This document shows, piece by piece, positions 29,901 through 39,959 of a stretch of DNA of 54,063 nt (positions are counted from its first letter, which is position 1; each line of letters opens with the position of its first letter). Where the stretch lies: positions 1 through 54,063 of the IMG/VR virus record IMGVR_UViG_3300002242_000171. One strand, 5' to 3'. Under the pieces are notes generated by a model. That model saw only the letters and a program-made list of their open reading frames with translations, was not told the origin of the DNA and made no database searches. A program made the translations under genes and the position numbers. The DNA comes from a virus (lineage: Duplodnaviria; Caudoviricetes).

Positions 29901-32900
29901 TTCTGGCAATGTAACGTCGGGATCTGAATCGAAAGTTATTCCTATATTTTTTCCTGTAAGATCTTGACCTTCTTGATAAAGCGAAAGAAGATGATCATAT
30001 GTTTTCTTATCTTTTATCAGATCACTTACTTCAAAATTATAAACTTTATTATTTCCATTTTGGCTTTTATCAAAAGCATATGTTCCATGTTTTAAAACAA
30101 CAAATTTGGCATAATCTAGCGGAATGTTAGTCTGCTCTATGTGCTGTTGTTTGGGAATATGAAGATCAACTAGCCTTATATCTTGAGAAGCATATAGCGG
30201 AGCATATTTTTTATCACCAGAAATCATGTCTTCTATTGATGCGTTGTGCTGCATTGCTCCGTTAACAATTGTAAGTTGTTGCCATAATTCAGGCATCCTA
30301 TCTTCAATTTCTGTTTGAAGATCTTCAATCGCCGATTCGGCCTCGCTTAAATCAATTTGTAATGGATACATTTGATCTTGCAGTTCCCATAAAACAGGCA
30401 TGTCGATAAATGAAATAGCACCTAAATCATCTATTTTCTGCTGAATCAATGCTATTTCTTCTTGCAATTGAATCTTTTGTGTCTGAAGGCTAAAAATTTC
30501 TTGATTATCCGCGGCGTTGGCGCTCGAAAGAGTATCCATCAAGTCCCAATTATCTGAATAACCAATTAATAGATCTGTATAGTCTTTTTTTGCGCCGGCG
30601 CTTTTTATTTCAACAGTTGAATAAAACTTTTTAAATTTCTGTGAAGCTCCGTCGATACTAATATTTCCTTTCTTCAAAATATTAGATTCATCTGTTTTTT
30701 CTATATTGGTTTTCAATCTTGGCGCAACCTTGCGAATAACTTTATCTTGTTTAGGAAAACTACCGGTTTGAGGCGTGTTGTTTTCGTCAAATAGAACAAC
30801 GCCATCCAAAGGAGTGCCTTCGGCTCCGACTACCTCATTGCCTGGTGTCCATGGCTGTGTATAGTCTCTTCCCAGAACAGGATATCTGAAAGGAGCATCC
30901 TCGCCGGCGCCATAGGGAACAAATTCTTCTTTAATTAAAAGAGATTTTGCACCCAAAACATCAGCATTGAAGCGATCCGATAAGGAATCAAATATGGTTT
31001 TCAAAAGCCTATCGGTCATGCGATTCATATAATCATTATCAACCAGGGCGCCGTCCATACATGCATTATATGAGTTATCAAAAGAATCTTGGAAATAATC
31101 TGAAATTTCTTCATATGCTAAAATTCCTTCTAATGTTTCAAGTTTTTCTTTATTAATTTCGTCACTAGACTTAAGAATTTCTTCGCATTGTTCTTCGGAA
31201 AATCCCTTACTTTTCAGCATGTTACAATAAGCCTCATCTTTATATTTCTTTTCACATAATAAAGTAATCAAGCTTAAATCTTGTACAACGGTATTGCAAT
31301 AAGCAGTGTTTACATACCGTCCTAATTTTAGAAAATATGTTGCAACATCATCTGTTGTTTTAATAATCAAGCCTAAAATTCTGAATGCTTTTATTTCTTG
31401 TACAGCCTTGAGTACTAATTTCTTTGTTTTAGGAGAGGCCTCGAAAGAAAACAAACTACATATTTCAGATGGTTTTAATAGGCCCGAAACATAGTTTAAC
31501 AATTTTTTTAATTCTTCTATTAAGTCAATAGTTATTGGTATTCTATCATTTGAATCTTCTAACATTTTTCTTAAATTATCATCGATCCTGGCGGCATCCT
31601 CGAATAACGAAGCAATATCTAGATTGCCAGCGTTGTTAAGAGGAAGATCTCCTTGTTGGTCCGGGATGGATGGTATTAAATTAGCTAAATTCATGAGTGC
31701 CGCGGAAGTATTGGCGGTAACTTCATCATCAGACAATCCTGCTATCAAATCATCAACTGCGTTTTCAGTCGAGGGCCAATTAACCATATCTTCTAATATA
31801 TCTTGTGTGTTAGAGGGAATATCTGAAACGTTTCCTTCCGCACACATCATGAGTGCCTCTTGCAAGATTGTTTTTATTGTCGATAGCAGAACACTGTTCA
31901 AGCCCTCATCAATCCCTTTCTCGATTGCCATATCAACGGCGCCCAGAGGATCGTCACTATAGTCTACAGTAGGTACTTCAACACTGGGAACATCCATTTC
32001 TTTAGTGAAAACACCGGTTGCATCTGCTGTCATTTTGCTTTTTAGCGCTGTAATTCCAGGAACATTATCAAATTTTCCGCTTATGCTTATAATTTCTTTA
32101 AGGCCTGGTATTTCTTCGGCGCCGGCTTCTAACATGTTAGCAAATTCATCAGACTTGTAAAATTCTGTTGCATTTTTAATAGCGTTAAAAAAATCTTGAA
32201 CAAGATTTTTCTCTTTAATTAATTTCATTAATGCGACAGTAGCAAAAGCTAATTTTTCTTTTGTTACCGGTGGCTTGGCTGTTTCGGCAATCATCTGCAA
32301 TTGTTCTAAAGTATCCGGATCTAAAATTTTTGACAACTCTTCGTTAACTTTTTCATTTGCGGCCATGGCCATCAATACTGTGTCTGATAAGGCTTTTAAT
32401 ATCGCCATGGTAGCGGCTTCGATTGCATCTTCGATTGGAACTAATTTGCGAAGACACATCGTGGCTTGAATAATAAATTCTCGTATGTTAAGGCGGTATA
32501 CTATGTCAAATAAGTCATCGACATCATCGATATATGGTAATATCAACATCATTCCTTTAATGAAGTCGTCACCATCGTTGTTTTCTTTATCTTTTACCTT
32601 GGCCTTTTTCTGATCTGTTTCTGATTCCATGTCCTCATTTTCTTTTGTCAGATCTTCTTTTGTTTTTACCTTCTTTTCTTCTTTTTCTTTTTCATTTCCG
32701 GCTGCTTTTTCATATGCCTCATACGCGCCAGAGGGACTGTCCCCGCCTGGCGATTCTTTCTCTTTTGCCGGCTTAATTGCTGGCGATGGAATCGTAAATT
32801 TTTGTACTAATTTAATACCAGCATATTCCTTTTCCAAAACGTCAATATTTGATCTTAATACTAGATCAAGTTTTTTAGCATAGAAAAGATAACCAGTAGC

Positions 32901-35420
32901 TGTTTGATCTGCAAAAACAGAAGTTTCTTCATCAGGTATCGTCTCAACACAATCTATGGCGGCGCCGAGATAATGAAATGTGCGAGGAGGTGATACTGTC
33001 TCAAAACCATCTGAATCCACGTCCGAAGGAGCTGCGGCCGGGTCTTCTGAGTAAGCTGCATACAATACCTTAAGCTCTTTTGTTAGACCAAACTTAAGTA
33101 TATTATTTTTTGTATTATCATATTCTATATCATTTAATTTTAAGAAATCTTTAACAAATTGAACAAAATTCTCTAAACGATTCTTTTTCTTATTTATATC
33201 CGGAAAAGAATCCACGTTGCCGCCAGAGGCGCTATATCTCCTGATTCTTGTCTTAAATTCAACCTCTAGATCCTGCAGCAAAGTTTCGATTTTCTTTTCA
33301 ATTTTATCAGTTTCAACGTCTATTTCTGGGATGATTCCGTCTTTGGCGGCATCGGCATACTGTTGAACCGACAGGGTGTTATATTCTATAGGCACCTGCG
33401 TTAGCCATCGAGCTTCAAGATAAGATTGAGAAACCTGAACTAAAACTTTAATTTTGTTATCTTGTCTGTTCTCACTGTGATATTTCTTTGCTTTGAAAAA
33501 CAAGCCGTCAGACATGCTTGAATCGTCGATGATTCCGCCTTTAGATTTTGTATTAAAAATTACTATTTTGTCAACAACTTCTGAACTACTTACTTTTCCG
33601 AGATATTTAAGTAAAGCTTTAAGGCCTTTTCGGGCTGCGCCTTGGCGGGCGCCGTTCAAAAAATCACTTTCGCGATCGCCTTCCTTCGTCTCATCTTCGA
33701 AATCGTCCTCCGTGCACTTGTCTGCGCAAATGTTAGTTGCGGCGGTATGTGCGGCGTCGATAGTTGAGCCTTCGTTAAGTATTCTCGCAGTTTCTTGTGT
33801 CACGCATTCATCGTAACATTCTGTATCTTCTACAGACGTCAAATTTTCAGTAATCAAATTATTCGGATCAATATCCATTTCTGGATTTTTCGACGCTGAA
33901 CTTAGAGCTTGTAAGAACCCTTCCGAAAACTTTGGTACCTCGACCGTAATCCACCATTCGTTTTCTTTTTTATTTAAAAATGGTTGGCACTCGTCTCTTT
34001 CTCTCCAATCTGGCGCAACATAAGCTTCATCAGGCTCTGGTACCTCTGTCACTGGCATGGACCCTTGTTTAATTAAGTTACATAACCACTGAACAAGTAT
34101 GTCCTCCTCACTAGCCGGAGATAACGGAAACCCTCTCAAAACTCTAGAATCTAGATACCCTTCGCTTCGATTTCCTGCTTCATCAATAATTTCAACACTA
34201 TTGAAGACACCGCGCTTTCCTAGACCAGCTTTTATAATTTGTACTTGTGTTCCCGGAGACAATTCTTCAATGATACTACCATCGAACAAACTTTGGTCTA
34301 CTTTGTAATCACCACCTACTTTTATATCAACTGAGGATAAATTACCCGCGCGATCTGAGGGAGCATAGCCACTTCTTAATAAAGCAACTGCCTCTTCATC
34401 GCCAACTGTTAATTTACGAACATAATGAGTCGCTCCACTAAACTTTGTTTCTGGTTCTAGCGTTTCATCAAACGCTGGCAGACTGCTTAAAAACAAAAAG
34501 TCTATCAAACGAGGATCATTCTCTAGCTGAGCCTCTGCATCTTCTGCTAAAGTAGTGCCGCCGCTCTTGAGTTTTTCATTAATTTTCGCACGATCATTGC
34601 CAAGAGCAAAAACTTGTGGATATTTTTGTACAAAAGCGAGAAAATCTAGATAAGTAATCGCTCTTTGTTCTGTTGGGGAGCCTAGGCCCGGGGATCCAGG
34701 AAATATATCTAAAGGAACATTGACCAAAGTAGAAGTTGTTAAATCTCCTTGAGGCTCTTTCTTTAAATATTTATAGGCGTCTACTTTTAAGAAATCTTCA
34801 TATACTTCTTCTGTCAATACTTCTTTTAAAACATTAAAGTTATCAAATTGACTATAGTCATTGCCGCTGCTTTCGGCAGAATCAAATTGAACGTATAATT
34901 CATACGCCACTTTTGCAAAAAGAGTTAATACGCCGTTTTCTCTTATAGTGTTGTGTGCCTCAGACAAGGCGCTATAAAAAACACTTTGATTTTCCCATGT
35001 ATCCTGTGACCAATTTATGAAACCGCCGAGCCATAGGGCCATCTCAGGGGAAGTTGAATAGATATCCGGAGTATAATTATAATTTTTACCAGCTATATTA
35101 TTTAAATTATATGCTGTAGGTGCACCAGAAAGCAGATCGGCATATCCTGCATATCCAGAATTAGAAGACCAGCCTGGAACGGAAAAAGATGATATATTTT
35201 CCGGAGGAACTTCACCTGGAGCTAAAAATGTATTATCTATCATAGATAAAATGCCTAGTAGCTTATCATTTTTTGCGTAATTGTTAAATATAGCTGGATC
35301 TGTATTCCCTAGGGAATCTCCTTCCTGCCAATCATTATCCATGTTTACAATCGCTTTCACAAAATTACGCGCGTTTTGTAAATCATTATAAGTCAGATCA
35401 TGTAATTTTAATATTGCCAT
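26925..35420 (-). CDS. Giant (2831 aa) acidic, largely helical virion protein with an SH3b-like domain and a coiled coil
   Basis: Uninterrupted 8.5-kb ORF between spike and gp25; IIEELSPGTQVQII...SVEI...EGYLDSRVL is SH3-like; heptad region ~30280-30500. Confidence 0.6.
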   Translation of the reverse strand: MAILKLHDLTYNDLQNARNFVKAIVNMDNDWQEGDSLGNTDPAIFNNYAKNDKLLGILSMIDNTFLAPGEVPPENISSFSVPGWSSNSGYAGYADLLSGAPTAYNLNNIAGKNYNYTPDIYSTSPEMALWLGGFINWSQDTWENQSVFYSALSEAHNTIRENGVLTLFAKVAYELYVQFDSAESSGNDYSQFDNFNVLKEVLTEEVYEDFLKVDAYKYLKKEPQGDLTTSTLVNVPLDIFPGSPGLGSPTEQRAITYLDFLAFVQKYPQVFALGNDRAKINEKLKSGGTTLAEDAEAQLENDPRLIDFLFLSSLPAFDETLEPETKFSGATHYVRKLTVGDEEAVALLRSGYAPSDRAGNLSSVDIKVGGDYKVDQSLFDGSIIEELSPGTQVQIIKAGLGKRGVFNSVEIIDEAGNRSEGYLDSRVLRGFPLSPASEEDILVQWLCNLIKQGSMPVTEVPEPDEAYVAPDWRERDECQPFLNKKENEWWITVEVPKFSEGFLQALSSASKNPEMDIDPNNLITENLTSVEDTECYDECVTQETARILNEGSTIDAAHTAATNICADKCTEDDFEDETKEGDRESDFLNGARQGAARKGLKALLKYLGKVSSSEVVDKIVIFNTKSKGGIIDDSSMSDGLFFKAKKYHSENRQDNKIKVLVQVSQSYLEARWLTQVPIEYNTLSVQQYADAAKDGIIPEIDVETDKIEKKIETLLQDLEVEFKTRIRRYSASGGNVDSFPDINKKKNRLENFVQFVKDFLKLNDIEYDNTKNNILKFGLTKELKVLYAAYSEDPAAAPSDVDSDGFETVSPPRTFHYLGAAIDCVETIPDEETSVFADQTATGYLFYAKKLDLVLRSNIDVLEKEYAGIKLVQKFTIPSPAIKPAKEKESPGGDSPSGAYEAYEKAAGNEKEKEEKKVKTKEDLTKENEDMESETDQKKAKVKDKENNDGDDFIKGMMLILPYIDDVDDLFDIVYRLNIREFIIQATMCLRKLVPIEDAIEAATMAILKALSDTVLMAMAANEKVNEELSKILDPDTLEQLQMIAETAKPPVTKEKLAFATVALMKLIKEKNLVQDFFNAIKNATEFYKSDEFANMLEAGAEEIPGLKEIISISGKFDNVPGITALKSKMTADATGVFTKEMDVPSVEVPTVDYSDDPLGAVDMAIEKGIDEGLNSVLLSTIKTILQEALMMCAEGNVSDIPSNTQDILEDMVNWPSTENAVDDLIAGLSDDEVTANTSAALMNLANLIPSIPDQQGDLPLNNAGNLDIASLFEDAARIDDNLRKMLEDSNDRIPITIDLIEELKKLLNYVSGLLKPSEICSLFSFEASPKTKKLVLKAVQEIKAFRILGLIIKTTDDVATYFLKLGRYVNTAYCNTVVQDLSLITLLCEKKYKDEAYCNMLKSKGFSEEQCEEILKSSDEINKEKLETLEGILAYEEISDYFQDSFDNSYNACMDGALVDNDYMNRMTDRLLKTIFDSLSDRFNADVLGAKSLLIKEEFVPYGAGEDAPFRYPVLGRDYTQPWTPGNEVVGAEGTPLDGVVLFDENNTPQTGSFPKQDKVIRKVAPRLKTNIEKTDESNILKKGNISIDGASQKFKKFYSTVEIKSAGAKKDYTDLLIGYSDNWDLMDTLSSANAADNQEIFSLQTQKIQLQEEIALIQQKIDDLGAISFIDMPVLWELQDQMYPLQIDLSEAESAIEDLQTEIEDRMPELWQQLTIVNGAMQHNASIEDMISGDKKYAPLYASQDIRLVDLHIPKQQHIEQTNIPLDYAKFVVLKHGTYAFDKSQNGNNKVYNFEVSDLIKDKKTYDHLLSLYQEGQDLTGKNIGITFDSDPDVTLPEFTFARSISKSIANAFPGAAMGAAKQEYINNYKELEEHLVNIHQMHLVKKQGDIFRQCSKSRLFNIDEFTSLILGSQSDYLSKQLICNDSANPNLKKLRDGMLDYEGLKKLIKDYYKKNACEAISRSEADPDPFNDALRYGMALAYTRLILAEAMIRSLFFFSRFSVQDSLVDSSIFLTLMKTKMKENANLIDPSLYKQLQVTVMENLRRKVDEKLEVKILSNKVLYDDSKDITKRTFTSLQDKIFNLADLDELNKDMGVINADVVKIIAENNGFNYEVNSVFEIKSRLKSIFLDLAFKVLINDNTKSMVSRLDNILLDKVRRNKKAKNLLASQAIYDVPSQLLTFKNIDEGTHGFGDATIANFADGSSQLMYADNPSTFKPNLVNYFPWTNHNNKLSFHGISGLAVNGKYLGTWKVPPNSPNNIVMRLDEERSLFNTENTVDSKNINCDAYNEAYTSPSNKVLSSFYDAEGNLTHMGRLTKDGGFILQKYLKIKFNYSKDFLWTGEEDLFVTMYEAFQAALGVEFIHTDNATEFTISYKNFDIAILKSLEVFDNYINGVSGMPGLTLELADTAISYFLSSIKHGLRLVYVAPHNLWDTLDLDQNKIQNVVEDRSKNKISPISSSDLDQNGTFIDLIKNSIKHAEEKNHDSSMRNKGFLERAYEIKELIKSPNTSKLNQIQAIADDTGWPSLSIRDSFRIIKPFFIIPIEDAFIEKEMHDFKNLTFADIKQAFNVDPEWLDYSILDSEALSALDPLVTRHGIDSRDLVEDLFNLPSVRIFDDFVFPTSNLLNFAMLHHMYFPYDDKYNYDKMFLESRKIAAALLKEQNKPKNNWDESEPLSGAEGPEMESWNEAMQKALSFGNTSDPFIQWLGTVVPKFLLRYLVKQIDPGLAHFMNVQEEQGLPDKALLEMMWDPFGDRPTPIYPPGFPAFGDPSIHVGPLGFIYAALAFMPVEFPRAPEPELATDDTLGAPNVEIDLDGFSADPEDECKK

Positions 35421-35429
35421 TGTGATTAC

Positions 35430-36377
35430 CTAGTTTAGGTGGTGCCATGCAGAAAGAATATAACCAGGATTCTTTTTTCCGTTTTTATTTGTCTTTGAAA
35501 GATTATTTGTTGATAGTGTTTTTATATTGTGTCTTTGGTTGACTAAAGATCTTCCAGTTCTGGTAAGGTGTTTTGTCATGTTATCGAGTGTAAGTGGGAT
35601 AGCGTTGAATGAAGGTGACGTAGGCATAATGGGAAATATTGTTATATGATAGTGCTGTATAAATGCTGTATTCACCATCATCTGATATTCTACATAGCCG
35701 GCTATGATACCATTTAATTTTGCGATTTCTTTATTAACTAATAATAAATAATCTTTTAATTTGTCTCCCAGCACCATTGGTTGCATATCTTTGGTTTTGC
35801 AATTTCCCCCCATTAAATCAACGCCGACATTTCCATTATCTTTAGCTTTGCCTCCTTGTGCATTTTCGCTATCAACAACAGTGACTAATTTTATTCCTTG
35901 CCTGGCACAAATTCGAATATCATCTGATTTTAAAGCAATTGCGGCTTTTGCTTCACTTTCTCCTACTTTACCAGGACTTAAATTCATATTTTTGTCAATA
36001 TCGGTCTTTTGAGAAATAATAATTCTTGATGCATCTTTTACGAAATCCGGATCTGCATATATCTTGTTTCCTTTTTTATCGACAGTTTTGGCTTTGGAGC
36101 CTAGTCGGCCGACAACTAAATCAATTGATCCGGCGTGCGATTCGCCTGCGCCGCCTCGTCCTGAAGAACGCGTTCCGGGACGGTCTCTTCCTAAAACAAT
36201 CCAAGTATTGTTTTCGCCTTTAATTACTTTTTCGCAACTGGCTGCAAGATATTCCGGAATTGGCTCAATTAATTTGGTGTTTCCAACACCATCTTCCGCA
36301 TTTGATCCTTGAGAAGATCTTGCGCTTTTTTGAGATGCTGACGCGCCACTTAAATTTTTTGCTTTATTTGTACCCAT
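35430..36377 (-). CDS. Baseplate central spike-like protein (gp5 C-terminal / gpV-like)
   Basis: Beta-repeat segments (IVLGRDR, SIDLVVGR, AIALKSDDIRICAR), QPMVLGD, and an HxH (QHYH) motif as at P2 gpV-type spike tips. Confidence 0.6.
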   Translation of the reverse strand: MGTNKAKNLSGASASQKSARSSQGSNAEDGVGNTKLIEPIPEYLAASCEKVIKGENNTWIVLGRDRPGTRSSGRGGAGESHAGSIDLVVGRLGSKAKTVDKKGNKIYADPDFVKDASRIIISQKTDIDKNMNLSPGKVGESEAKAAIALKSDDIRICARQGIKLVTVVDSENAQGGKAKDNGNVGVDLMGGNCKTKDMQPMVLGDKLKDYLLLVNKEIAKLNGIIAGYVEYQMMVNTAFIQHYHITIFPIMPTSPSFNAIPLTLDNMTKHLTRTGRSLVNQRHNIKTLSTNNLSKTNKNGKKNPGYILSAWHHLN

Positions 36378-36385
36378 AGTTTTCC

Positions 36386-39300
36386 TTAGTTTGTTCCTGC
36401 ATCTGCTACCAATGGTTCATCATCTTCTTCAGTCCAATCTTCTCGGCCTAAAATCTGATTCCAGTTTGGTATTTTTTCATTTGCCGGGATTAATGTATAT
36501 GGCCAGCCCGGGAATTGTGGCGGCTGTTTACTATTTTTTAGATAATCTTCAAGGAAGGAGTGCACCTCTGGATTGTATTTTTTGAGAAAATCCATGGACA
36601 CCGTAGTATAATTCCAGCCTTTTAGTTGAAATTTATTTTTCGCCTTCTTAAAGCTATAGCCAATATCACTTACATCATTGGAAGCATGCGAATTTATGAA
36701 TATATAATAATCAGTAGCGCTCCCGGGTAAGCCGCCTTCGCCGCGGAAATCATAATGAGGGCCGCCACCTTGGCCGCCGGGAGAGATAAAGCCACCATTT
36801 CCCTTCACTGGGTGTCCTTGTTGGTCAAAAGATAAGCCAGTGACACCCATATGCGCTGCGCCGCCGCGATCTTTACTAGATTCTTCTGTATATCCTGGTA
36901 CTCCAGGAATATTTTGATTCAAATATAAGCCGGCACAGCCTTTGGGTATTCTTTTCGCGCCGTTCATCAAATACCAATTGATGGCCCACATGTAAAGTTG
37001 TGGGACCGCTTTCTTTTCGCCATTATCATAATAAAACACATGATAATCCATGGCCCCGGCATGATAATGCCGGCTTGTACCACTTAAGTGTGGGCGCCAA
37101 CTAGACATAATTTTTAATCTAACGTTACTAATATTCGGAAAAGGTGCGAAAACCATTTGCCAATATCTCTCCATAATATCTGCAGCTGCCCATGTCATAA
37201 TCGTGTATCTTTTGTTTGCCTCACTAGGTGTCCATGGACCCTTGTCACCCGCATCTTTGCGTTCTTTTGACGGATTTCCAGTGTTCAAAGGACTCGGCGT
37301 AGTAGAAAAGTACGCATTTTGGTTTTCTCTGGTCTTGCCTTTCTTATTCCATTTCTTAATTAACCATTCTCCGTCGCCGCCAGTCTCAAATCTATCCCAA
37401 TCAACATCATCCAATTTCTTTGGCCAAGAGGCTTTTCGCTTTTGACCGCCGTTCTTGATTCCGGAATATGACTCACCGGTATTAGGATTAGCATCTGGCA
37501 CCTTCTCTTCAACACATTTTCCAGATTCTTTCTTTTCTTTTGGACCTTCTTCTTCATTCTGATGTTCTAAAATTTGCTGCAGCTCAACTAACTTGGCTTG
37601 CAGTTCTTCATGATATTCTTGAGCTTGCCTTAAAGCTTCCTTTGCCGCATCAATTTTAGATTGAGTTGCGGCAAAACTTTCATCAATTTCAATAGTTTTT
37701 CCTAAACATTTATATAATTTTTTAAAGCCTAGGTCCGAAAGAGCAGGACCCATAGCATTTAAGTTTTTTGTATGCTCTTGTATGGTCTCTTCGTTAGATT
37801 TAAGCTGTTTTAGCTTATCTTGAATATCTTCTTCAAGTTCTTTTTTTCCTTCTGCATCTAGTTTAGGATAAACAGCATAAGGATCTCTAGCTTCCCATAT
37901 AGCTTTATTTGGAATAAAAGAGTTTGCTTTGTTTATATGTTCCTTATTTTTGTTAATGAAGTTTTTAAACTCTTGGACAACGTCGCTTAAATAAGTTTCA
38001 ACAGGGTTTTGCAATATCATTGTCTTGTTCGCGACGTCTATTTCTGGTGTGGAATTAAATTTTTCTGCAATTGCTTCCGCGTCTCCCAATTCTTTTATCA
38101 AGTCCCATCTTTTTTCTGGCCATTTATTTGAATGATAATTAATATTTTCCCAATCATACCAAATTATTGCATTTGGATTTTCTAACGAACTTTCAAATGT
38201 CCATTTAATTTCTTGACGAGAAGCTAAAGGAGGCTTGTTGATTACACCGTCGTTAAGAGCATAGTTGGACCAACCTTCTGGATCCGGTCTTGCCCCTAAC
38301 ATTCCCAAGCCAGGAATTATATTTTTAAATCCTAGTTTGACAAAAATATCGAATATCTTTGTAAATTCTGCTTTTCTAGTTTGTGACTCCGGGTTTTCTG
38401 GGGTTAAGAAAGTATCACTTCCTTCGTTTTTGGCACTTTGTGCTAAAATTTGAGGAATAAAAAAGTCAGGCCTCCACTCAGAATGTGCAATGTGGCTCCA
38501 CGGAATATTTCCGTGATTTAAAATATTAGAAATAGTTATTCCGACGCTATAGCCGGCCTCTTTAGCTGCATTAAAAGTATTATTATAAAGAGATAAGATA
38601 TCATTTCTAATTTTCAAAGATGTTAAAGAGCTTCCAGGAGGAACATATTGACCAAGATCAATTACAATTCCAATAGTTTTTGCAGCGTCAGCTAATTCAA
38701 TTATTTTATCAATAAAATCTTGCTCTCTTCCATGTATTGGGTATCCCAAAACATAAGTCCTGATTCCATTATATTGATATTCTTGAACAAGCTTTTTCAT
38801 TTTTTCAGTATTTGCAATTCCGTCGGCGCTTGAATCGACTCTATCTTGGCTATATCCGGTAAAACAAATCCAACTCAAATTAACATCTTGAGCTTGTTTC
38901 AGGGGATGGGTTGATATATCCGGATATCCAGTAAACACTCCCTTTCCTCTTGGAATAGCCCCTTGATCGGATGTTACATCAATGCTCGGCTTAACAACAT
39001 GTTGTCCCGTTCCCCATTCTAGAGCTTCGTTTAAATAATCCAAGAACTCGCCACTCATCGGCTCACCACAAAAATCTCCCTTGCAACGATCTTCGAATTT
39101 GAGTTTTGGAGCATCCTCGGCACTTTTTACCGTTACTATGTTTGTCTCGTCAAAGCCCAAATACCAGCGGCCGTCGGTACCAAGAGGATCATCAATTCTT
39201 ACCCTGACTACGTACCCGGGCTTTGGGACAGCGGCTCCGGGAATTCCTTGATATATGGGATACCCTTTAATAGCCTCATCTCCGCCATGGCCGGCCTCAT

Positions 39301-39649
39301 TGGGCAATTTATAGATTTTGGGTAAGTGAGCGTCTAACATGGGATGTAAACATACAATCTCTATAGGCGCTGTGGCTTCTTGACCATATACAACTTCTTT
39401 AAGTTTGTTGAACGCTCCTTTAAAGTCGCTAGAATCGGGCTTGTCGGTGGCCATGGAATTCAAGACTTTTAAACAAACAACGTTTGCAAACAAAGCTCCG
39501 TCTGGTATTGTTTTCTCAGTATAATCTTTAGCTAGCATATCTCTTGCAGCATATACAGGATTTGTAGTACTGCTCCAAGACTTTACTTTTTTTGATATCG
39601 TTGAGCCGGCATTTAAATCACCTGGAAATAAATTATCAATTGTCGCCAT
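36386..39649 (-). CDS. gp5-like virion-associated lysin: OB-fold-like N-terminus, TIM-barrel-like middle, coiled coil, C-terminal peptidase M15 (LAS) domain
   Basis: VPKPGYVVRV OB-like motif; SSWRP...SRHYHAGAMD (HxxxxxxD) and PHYD zinc ligands. Start likely ATG 39649 (GAGG upstream); the track gives 39664. Confidence 0.65.
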   Translation of the reverse strand: MATIDNLFPGDLNAGSTISKKVKSWSSTTNPVYAARDMLAKDYTEKTIPDGALFANVVCLKVLNSMATDKPDSSDFKGAFNKLKEVVYGQEATAPIEIVCLHPMLDAHLPKIYKLPNEAGHGGDEAIKGYPIYQGIPGAAVPKPGYVVRVRIDDPLGTDGRWYLGFDETNIVTVKSAEDAPKLKFEDRCKGDFCGEPMSGEFLDYLNEALEWGTGQHVVKPSIDVTSDQGAIPRGKGVFTGYPDISTHPLKQAQDVNLSWICFTGYSQDRVDSSADGIANTEKMKKLVQEYQYNGIRTYVLGYPIHGREQDFIDKIIELADAAKTIGIVIDLGQYVPPGSSLTSLKIRNDILSLYNNTFNAAKEAGYSVGITISNILNHGNIPWSHIAHSEWRPDFFIPQILAQSAKNEGSDTFLTPENPESQTRKAEFTKIFDIFVKLGFKNIIPGLGMLGARPDPEGWSNYALNDGVINKPPLASRQEIKWTFESSLENPNAIIWYDWENINYHSNKWPEKRWDLIKELGDAEAIAEKFNSTPEIDVANKTMILQNPVETYLSDVVQEFKNFINKNKEHINKANSFIPNKAIWEARDPYAVYPKLDAEGKKELEEDIQDKLKQLKSNEETIQEHTKNLNAMGPALSDLGFKKLYKCLGKTIEIDESFAATQSKIDAAKEALRQAQEYHEELQAKLVELQQILEHQNEEEGPKEKKESGKCVEEKVPDANPNTGESYSGIKNGGQKRKASWPKKLDDVDWDRFETGGDGEWLIKKWNKKGKTRENQNAYFSTTPSPLNTGNPSKERKDAGDKGPWTPSEANKRYTIMTWAAADIMERYWQMVFAPFPNISNVRLKIMSSWRPHLSGTSRHYHAGAMDYHVFYYDNGEKKAVPQLYMWAINWYLMNGAKRIPKGCAGLYLNQNIPGVPGYTEESSKDRGGAAHMGVTGLSFDQQGHPVKGNGGFISPGGQGGGPHYDFRGEGGLPGSATDYYIFINSHASNDVSDIGYSFKKAKNKFQLKGWNYTTVSMDFLKKYNPEVHSFLEDYLKNSKQPPQFPGWPYTLIPANEKIPNWNQILGREDWTEEDDEPLVADAGTN

Positions 39650-39956
39650 TAGCTTTGTCCTCATCGCTTATTAGATCAAAAAGCTGTTCTTTGTCTTCTA
39701 AAGTAAGGCCTTGAGATGAGGAGGATTTTTTGAAAAGTAACGCGTTAAGTTTCACCAATTGTTCGTTTGATCTTTGTAACGTTTCTAAATACTTAGCTGC
39801 TATTTGGCCGGCCTCTTTATGTTCGTGTTTATTTGTGCCGATGTGGCTCATAATATCTACCAATAAAGTAGAGGCCATGGCGCGATCATCTCTAATATTT
39901 TGAAGAGACTCGCCTATTAATGATTCTAGATCTGATTGTTTATTTTTTCGCGACAT
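39636..39956 (-). CDS. Hypothetical helical phage protein (106 aa)
   Basis: Coupled to both neighbours; helical KYLETLQRSNEQLVKL segment. Confidence 0.7.
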   Translation of the reverse strand: MSRKNKQSDLESLIGESLQNIRDDRAMASTLLVDIMSHIGTNKHEHKEAGQIAAKYLETLQRSNEQLVKLNALLFKKSSSSQGLTLEDKEQLFDLISDEDKANGDN

Positions 39957-39959
39957 ACA

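Noticed and set aside
24669-39649. Bacterial contractile injection system (eCIS/T6SS) instead of phage
   Set aside because: Co-linear phage-type primase, resolvase and gp55-like sigma, single-strand coding and the absence of housekeeping genes favour a phage.
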